Of a stretch of DNA of 64,000 nucleotides, positions 58,976 to 64,000 are shown piece after piece. The notes under the pieces were generated by a model. It made no database searches. It had not been told where the DNA came from and saw nothing but the letters and a program-made list of their open reading frames with translations. The DNA comes from a bacterium. GTDB taxonomy: Bacteria > UBA10199 > 2-02-FULL-50-16 > JAJFLM01. Location of the stretch: NCBI GenBank assembly GCA_965216315.1, contig CBDCFN010000016.1, positions 1,216,001 through 1,280,000 of the forward strand. Reading direction: 5' to 3'. A program made the translations under genes and the position numbers. Position 1 is the stretch's first letter, and every line of letters starts with the position of its first letter.

Positions 58976-60694
58976 CGGATGATACTGGGGCCAGTAATCG
59001 GCTTCATGACCCGGTACGCTGTATTCATACGGACCTCTAAAGACCTTGGGAGATCCGATAAAGTTGCCATGGGGCGGTGGGGTCGGCGTGTTCCATTCCA
59101 AGGTCGTGGCTTGCCATGGGTTGTCCGACTCGACCTGTTTCCCTTTCTTAATGCTTATGAAGAAATTGATGATAAAGAAGATCTGGGCGAGCCCTAACAA
59201 CCACGCACTGTAGGACATAAAGACGTTGGTGCCCTGAACCGCTTTAGCGGTCTCATAAAGGGTCGGGTCATAAAGGCGCCGGTTAACTCCGGCAAATCCT
59301 TGAATAAACATCGGCATGAAGATGCCGTTCATTGCAATAAAGGAGAGCCAGAAGTGTATTTTGCCCAGGGTACTGCTCATGAATCGCCCCGTCACTTTGG
59401 GGAACCAGTAATAGATTCCGGCAAAGAGGGCAAAAATGGTTCCCGGGGCGACGACGTAGTGAAAGTGGCCAATGACATAATAGGTGTCATGAAAATGAAT
59501 GTCGGAGGCGGCAAGACCTAAAGGAAGACCTGTCAGGCCGCCGATAGCGAACATGGGTAAAAAGGCCAGGGCAAAGAGCATTGGGACGTTATAGCGGATC
59601 GAGCCTCCCCAGAGGGTAATCAAGAGGACCGTTAAAATGATAACCGAGGGAACGGAGATAATCATCGTCGTCGCCTGGAAGAAGTTACTCATCGTTGTCC
59701 CCATACCCGTGATAAACATGTGATGAGCCCAGACAACGAAGGACATGAAGCCGAGGAAAAAAACGGAATAGACGAGTGTTTTGTAGCCGTAGAGTGGTTT
59801 CCGCGTATTGTTTGCGATGATTTCCGAGATGATACCCATGGCCGGAAGAATCAAGACGTAAACCTCCGGATGCGCTAAAAACCAAAAAAGGTGCTGCCAT
59901 AGCAGCGGGCTGCCGCCACCGGCCGCCTCGATCGGCGCCCCTCCGACGACGAGTCCGCTGGGCATAAAGAAGCTCGTGCCCGCGAGTCGGTCCATGAGCT
60001 GAAAGATGCCGGCGGCTTCGAGCGGTGGGAAGGCCAACAGGAGTAGAAACGAGGTGACAAATTGCGCCCAGACTAAGAACGGTAAGCGCATAAAGCTCAA
60101 ACCTTCAGCCCGGAGATGGATAATGGTTGCGAGTATGTTAACTGAGCCCAAGAGTGACGATGTAATCAGGAAGACCATGCCAATCAGCCAAACGGTTTGC
60201 CCGGTCGTCGCTATATTGGAGAGCGGGGGATAGGAGGTCCAGCCTGAGTTGGCGGCACCACCCGGAACAAAAAATCCAATGAGCATGACGACGCCGCCGA
60301 CGAAATAGACCCAATAACTCATCATGTTAAGTTTGGGATAGGCCATGTCCGGAGCACCGATTTGCAGCGGAACGAGATAGTTCCCAAAGGCCCCGACGGC
60401 CAATGGCACGACCCCTAAAAAGATCATAATCGTGCCGTGCATCGCGCCGAGTGAATTATAGAACTCCGGCAACATGACGCCGCCCGGCATAGAGGTCTCG
60501 CTAAAGAGCCCGCCGATAAGTGGAATCGGTTGGTAAGGATAAGCCAATTGCCACCGCATCAACATCATGAGGCAGAAGCCAAAAAAGAGGAAGCAGAGCG
60601 CCGTGATCCCGTACTGAATGCCGATGACCTTGTGATCGGTAGAGAAGATGTATTTTTGAATAAAATTCAATTCGTGATGATCGTGCTCACTCAT
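58973..60694 (-). CDS. coxA: Cytochrome c oxidase subunit I (A family)
   Basis: STDHKVIG, HGTIM, WFLAHPEVY, WAHHM, GHFHY. Confidence 0.96.
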   Translation of the reverse strand: MSEHDHHELNFIQKYIFSTDHKVIGIQYGITALCFLFFGFCLMMLMRWQLAYPYQPIPLIGGLFSETSMPGGVMLPEFYNSLGAMHGTIMIFLGVVPLAVGAFGNYLVPLQIGAPDMAYPKLNMMSYWVYFVGGVVMLIGFFVPGGAANSGWTSYPPLSNIATTGQTVWLIGMVFLITSSLLGSVNILATIIHLRAEGLSFMRLPFLVWAQFVTSFLLLLAFPPLEAAGIFQLMDRLAGTSFFMPSGLVVGGAPIEAAGGGSPLLWQHLFWFLAHPEVYVLILPAMGIISEIIANNTRKPLYGYKTLVYSVFFLGFMSFVVWAHHMFITGMGTTMSNFFQATTMIISVPSVIILTVLLITLWGGSIRYNVPMLFALAFLPMFAIGGLTGLPLGLAASDIHFHDTYYVIGHFHYVVAPGTIFALFAGIYYWFPKVTGRFMSSTLGKIHFWLSFIAMNGIFMPMFIQGFAGVNRRLYDPTLYETAKAVQGTNVFMSYSAWLLGLAQIFFIINFFISIKKGKQVESDNPWQATTLEWNTPTPPPHGNFIGSPKVFRGPYEYSVPGHEADYWPQYHP

Positions 60695-60700
60695 CTTGTA

Positions 60701-61519
60701 TTAACCTTTCTTAGCTGCCTCGGGTGAGCCCTCTGGCTCGCTGGGAGCTTCCGTTTTGGCTGGCTCCTCTAAATTCAGGTAGCTCGTTTCTTCTTTGAGC
60801 CAGGCTTGATATTTTTCATCTTCTTCAATGACGACAAATCCTCGCATGCGCGAATGCCCCAAGCCGCATAATTGAGCGCATTGGATGTCAAACTGTCCGG
60901 TCTGGGTCGCTTCAAACCACATAGGAATATCCAGGCCCGGAATCGCATCCTGTTTGACCCGCAAGACGGGGACCGAAAAGCTGTGAATGACGTCAATTGT
61001 CGATAAATGCACGATAACGGGTTTATTGACCGGAAAATGGAACTGATTGACGGAAATAATATCGTCGCGTCCGGCGGGATCCTTACGATCGACGCCAATC
61101 GGGTTATCACCGGTGATCAGTTCGACCTTCGTGGGTCCGAATTTGCCGTCCAGCCCCGGATAATGGATGTTCCACGCAAATTGCTGAGCGACGACGCGAA
61201 CGACCGTGGCCTTGTTTTCCTCCGGAAAGTCCGTTTTCAATTTAGACCAGACGGGAAATGAGAGTCCGACCAACAAAAAAACCTCGAAGAGAACAACGCC
61301 CACTTCGAGGTACTTTGGAAACTTACTGTGCGCCGATTCATAGCTGGCTTTATGTCCTTGGCGCTGTCGAAACCGAACCAAACAGTATAGAAGGTAGATT
61401 CCCCAGCCAACGAACAGGGCGACCATAAAGACGTGAAGGACGATAATCAGGTTGTCAATTGCAGCGCCGTGCGTCGAGATGTCAGGTGGTAAGCCCCAGC
61501 CATATTTCGCTTCTGTCAT
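60701..61519 (-). CDS. coxB: Cytochrome c oxidase subunit II (CuA, no fused cytochrome c)
   Basis: DVIHSF, KQDAIPG, CAQLCGLGHSRM. Confidence 0.94.
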   Translation of the reverse strand: MTEAKYGWGLPPDISTHGAAIDNLIIVLHVFMVALFVGWGIYLLYCLVRFRQRQGHKASYESAHSKFPKYLEVGVVLFEVFLLVGLSFPVWSKLKTDFPEENKATVVRVVAQQFAWNIHYPGLDGKFGPTKVELITGDNPIGVDRKDPAGRDDIISVNQFHFPVNKPVIVHLSTIDVIHSFSVPVLRVKQDAIPGLDIPMWFEATQTGQFDIQCAQLCGLGHSRMRGFVVIEEDEKYQAWLKEETSYLNLEEPAKTEAPSEPEGSPEAAKKG

Positions 61520-61624
61520 AGGAAATGCATCCTTAAAAAAAGTGATGAAAAGCTAAATAAACCCTTTAATTTCATGAAGGTGCCTCCACGTAGCATAGAC
61601 ATTTGCGAGGCGTCAAGAAGAGAT

Positions 61625-61653
61625 CTGAGCTAGATCATATTGATCCAGCTCAT
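61625..61653. promoter_or_regulatory. Tandem FNR/CRP-like boxes forming an inverted repeat
   Basis: CTGAG-CTAG-ATCAT and TTGAT-CCAG-CTCAT between the divergent cox and haem-synthesis operons. Confidence 0.5.
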
Positions 61654-61739
61654 GGCGGCACCTGATCTGCGTGGGTGCAAGTTGACAGGGTTGTTGCGGC
61701 GGTGCTAGACCGGCGAGACACGAAACTCTAGAAAATTCT

Positions 61740-62630
61740 ATGCAATCCACCGACTTATTATCGATTTCCCATCCGCGACATCAAGTTGTTACGCACTTGA
61801 TAGAACTCACCAAGCCGCGCCTGACATTTCTCGTTATTTTTACGACTTCCATTGGCATGTGGCTCGCGCCGCAGAGTCTCTCCTTGGGGCGTATCATTAT
61901 AACCTTGGTCGGCATGTTGGCTGCGGTTGGGGGAGTCAATGCCCTTAACATGTATCTTGAACGCGATGTGGATGCCTTGATGGAACGAACTCGGACGCGG
62001 CCGCTGCCTGCGGGCCGAATGGCACCTCGAACCGCACTGGCTTTTGGACTCATTGTTGCCGCGGCAGGCGTCGTTCTCTTGGCCTGGGGTGTCAACCTGA
62101 TCTCAGGACTCATTACCTTAATAGCCGTCGTGAGTTATGTGATGCTTTATACACCGCTCAAACAATTTACCCCGTCGGCGCTCTATGTCGGTGCCGTGCC
62201 GGGGGCCTTGCCGCCGCTGATTGGGTGGGTCGCGGCAACGGGACGGGTCGATTTGCCGGCTTTAGCGCTCTTTGCCACGATGTTTTGGTGGCAAATCCCT
62301 CACTTTCTGGCCATTGCCTTGTTTCGACACCGTGATTATGAACGCGCCGGCATCTTGACCTTGCCGGTCGCCAAGGGTATTGCGCGGACGAAGTGGCATA
62401 TTCTGTGGGGTGTCCTCTGTCTTATTCCAACGAGTGTGGCCTTGGTTCCACTCCAGGCGGCCGGTACCTTATATTTAGTAACGGCGTTGTTAATGGGCGG
62501 GTTGTTTCTAGTTGTGAGTCTGCAGGGTTTTAGCGTCACCTCGATGGAGCGTTGGGCTCGCCGGCTTTTTATCGTGTCATTGTTGTACTTGACGGTTGTT
62601 TTTACGGTTCTCTTTATCCCCACCGCCTAA
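61740..62630 (+). CDS. ctaB: Protoheme IX farnesyltransferase (haem o synthase)
   Basis: LTKPR, NMYLERDVDALMERTRTRPLP, YTPLK, WQIPHF. Confidence 0.95.
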   Translation: MQSTDLLSISHPRHQVVTHLIELTKPRLTFLVIFTTSIGMWLAPQSLSLGRIIITLVGMLAAVGGVNALNMYLERDVDALMERTRTRPLPAGRMAPRTALAFGLIVAAAGVVLLAWGVNLISGLITLIAVVSYVMLYTPLKQFTPSALYVGAVPGALPPLIGWVAATGRVDLPALALFATMFWWQIPHFLAIALFRHRDYERAGILTLPVAKGIARTKWHILWGVLCLIPTSVALVPLQAAGTLYLVTALLMGGLFLVVSLQGFSVTSMERWARRLFIVSLLYLTVVFTVLFIPTA

Positions 62631-63055
62631 TGGCTGAATGGCTCCCTCATCTCAATGCAACACTGAACGGCGGGAGTGCCCTCTGTCTCATCGGTGGCTG
62701 GTGGGCCATCCGTCGCCGCGCGATTACGCAGCATCGTCTATTGATGATGACGGCATTGTTTTTCTCTATTGTATTTCTCATCAGTTATTTGATTCGTTTT
62801 TATCTGACGGGAACGCATCGTTATCAAAGCGATGGTTGGGATCGAATCGTTTATTTGGTGATACTTGGGACGCATACGCCTTTGGCCGCTTTCGTTCCTT
62901 TCTTGGCGGCGCGAAGTATTTATCTGGCGATTAAAGAGCGCTTCGAGGCGCATCGCAAATGGGCTCGCATTACCTTGCCGATCTGGCTCTATGTTTCACT
63001 TACCGGGGTTACTATCTATTACATGCTCTATCACTACTCAGGGAGTGCGTCATGA
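62630..63055 (+). CDS. DUF420 family membrane protein
   Basis: LPHLNATLN, HRLLM, HRKWARITLPIWLYVSLTG; start at ATG 62630 overlapping the ctaB stop. Confidence 0.85.
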   Translation: MAEWLPHLNATLNGGSALCLIGGWWAIRRRAITQHRLLMMTALFFSIVFLISYLIRFYLTGTHRYQSDGWDRIVYLVILGTHTPLAAFVPFLAARSIYLAIKERFEAHRKWARITLPIWLYVSLTGVTIYYMLYHYSGSAS

Positions 63056-63918
63056 TTAAAAGTCTGGCCTGGGTGACACTTTCACTGACTTTTTGTCTGA
63101 TGCTGTTGGGGGGCGTCGTGCATAGCACCGGATCAAGCCTGGCCTGTCCTGATTGGCCGCTATGTTACGGTCAAGTGATGCCGGAGATGAAGGGTGGGGT
63201 GGCGATTGAGCATAGCCATCGTCTCTTAGGGGCCAGCGTCGGCTTGTGTACACTTCTGCTGATGATTGCCGCGTGCCGGAAATCGAATCCAGATCGAGTC
63301 GTCAAACGTTTAAGTATGCTCGCCCTGGGTTTAGTGATCTTCCAAGGGGTGCTCGGGGGGCTGACGGTCATTTATCGTTTGCCCACTGCCATTTCAACCG
63401 CCCATCTTTCTACGGCGATGATCTTTTTTTCTATAATTCTTTGGATTGCCCTGCGCGCCACATTTAATACACATCGAAGAACCCAGCCTTACGCGAAATG
63501 GGTGATGCTGGCGACCGTAAGCGTTTATGCGCAAATCGTATTGGGTGCCTTAGTGCGACATACCGGCGCGGGTATTGTCTGTCCGGATATCCCGTTTTGT
63601 TTCGGTCAGGCCTGGCCGCTCGAGCTGCATCCGACAACGCGATTGCATATGTTGCATCGCTATCTGGGGATTGCCGTGGCGGCAGTTGTCTGTGTGTCGG
63701 CATTTCAGACGCTTCGACAGGTTGTCGATTCATTGGCGATTCGCAATCTCGCGGTAACGGCAATTGTCCTCGTCTGTTTTCAAATTGTCTTAGGTATCAT
63801 GAGCGTGCAAACGAGTTTAGCGACTCCGATGATTACGGCGCACCTGGGAACCGGTGCGCTCATCTTAGCGTCTTTATTAGCCCTTATCTATTTTAAGTCC
63901 CACCCGGGCGTTGAATGA
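63052..63918 (+). CDS. ctaA: Haem a synthase (COX15/CtaA)
   Basis: GSSLACPDWPLC, EHSHR, TAHL, HMLHR; start at ATG 63052. Confidence 0.9.
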   Translation: MIKSLAWVTLSLTFCLMLLGGVVHSTGSSLACPDWPLCYGQVMPEMKGGVAIEHSHRLLGASVGLCTLLLMIAACRKSNPDRVVKRLSMLALGLVIFQGVLGGLTVIYRLPTAISTAHLSTAMIFFSIILWIALRATFNTHRRTQPYAKWVMLATVSVYAQIVLGALVRHTGAGIVCPDIPFCFGQAWPLELHPTTRLHMLHRYLGIAVAAVVCVSAFQTLRQVVDSLAIRNLAVTAIVLVCFQIVLGIMSVQTSLATPMITAHLGTGALILASLLALIYFKSHPGVE

Positions 63919-64000
63919 CACGCCGCGACCGCATTATTAAGAATATCCGTTTCTTCTGGATTACAACGTATTATTTAGGGGTCTATTACCTGATTAATCT
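63915..64000 (+). CDS. 5' end of a probable membrane protein (partial)
   Basis: ATG overlapping the ctaA stop; MTRRDRIIKNIRFFWITTYYLGVYYLIN is open to the window end. Confidence 0.4.
   Translation, partial: MTRRDRIIKNIRFFWITTYYLGVYYLIN

Overview
Bacterial chromosomal window that looks deltaproteobacterial (Myxococcota/Bdellovibrionota-like). This is inferred from a myxobacterial Cys-rich repeat, a kinase-fused sigma54 activator and IcmF. It is mostly metabolic and housekeeping: serC-serA-purA, a 2-oxoacid dehydrogenase operon, astA-astD plus a pentein hydrolase, hpt, icmF, the AmmeMemoRadiSam trio, thyA-folA, two RND transporters, tRNA-Glu, and an aa3-type oxidase operon with haem o/a synthesis genes. 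The most striking features are non-coding. (1) A ~580-nt highly structured RNA candidate (56801-57378) has a 21-bp closing helix, nested G-U-containing helices, GNRA/UUCG tetraloops and a terminator. It lies next to tRNA-Glu and a cluster of perfect DnaA boxes, and I cannot assign it to a known class. (2) A Ser/Thr-kinase-TPR-GAF-AAA+ sigma54 activator is followed by two tandem enhancer + IHF + sigma54 promoter units that appear to drive two related small RNAs, interleaved with three paralogous acidic lipoproteins. The same palindrome overlaps the activator's own promoter. Many genes appear leaderless, and several REP/MITE-like repeats are present. All calls come from reading the sequence by eye; no searches were run.
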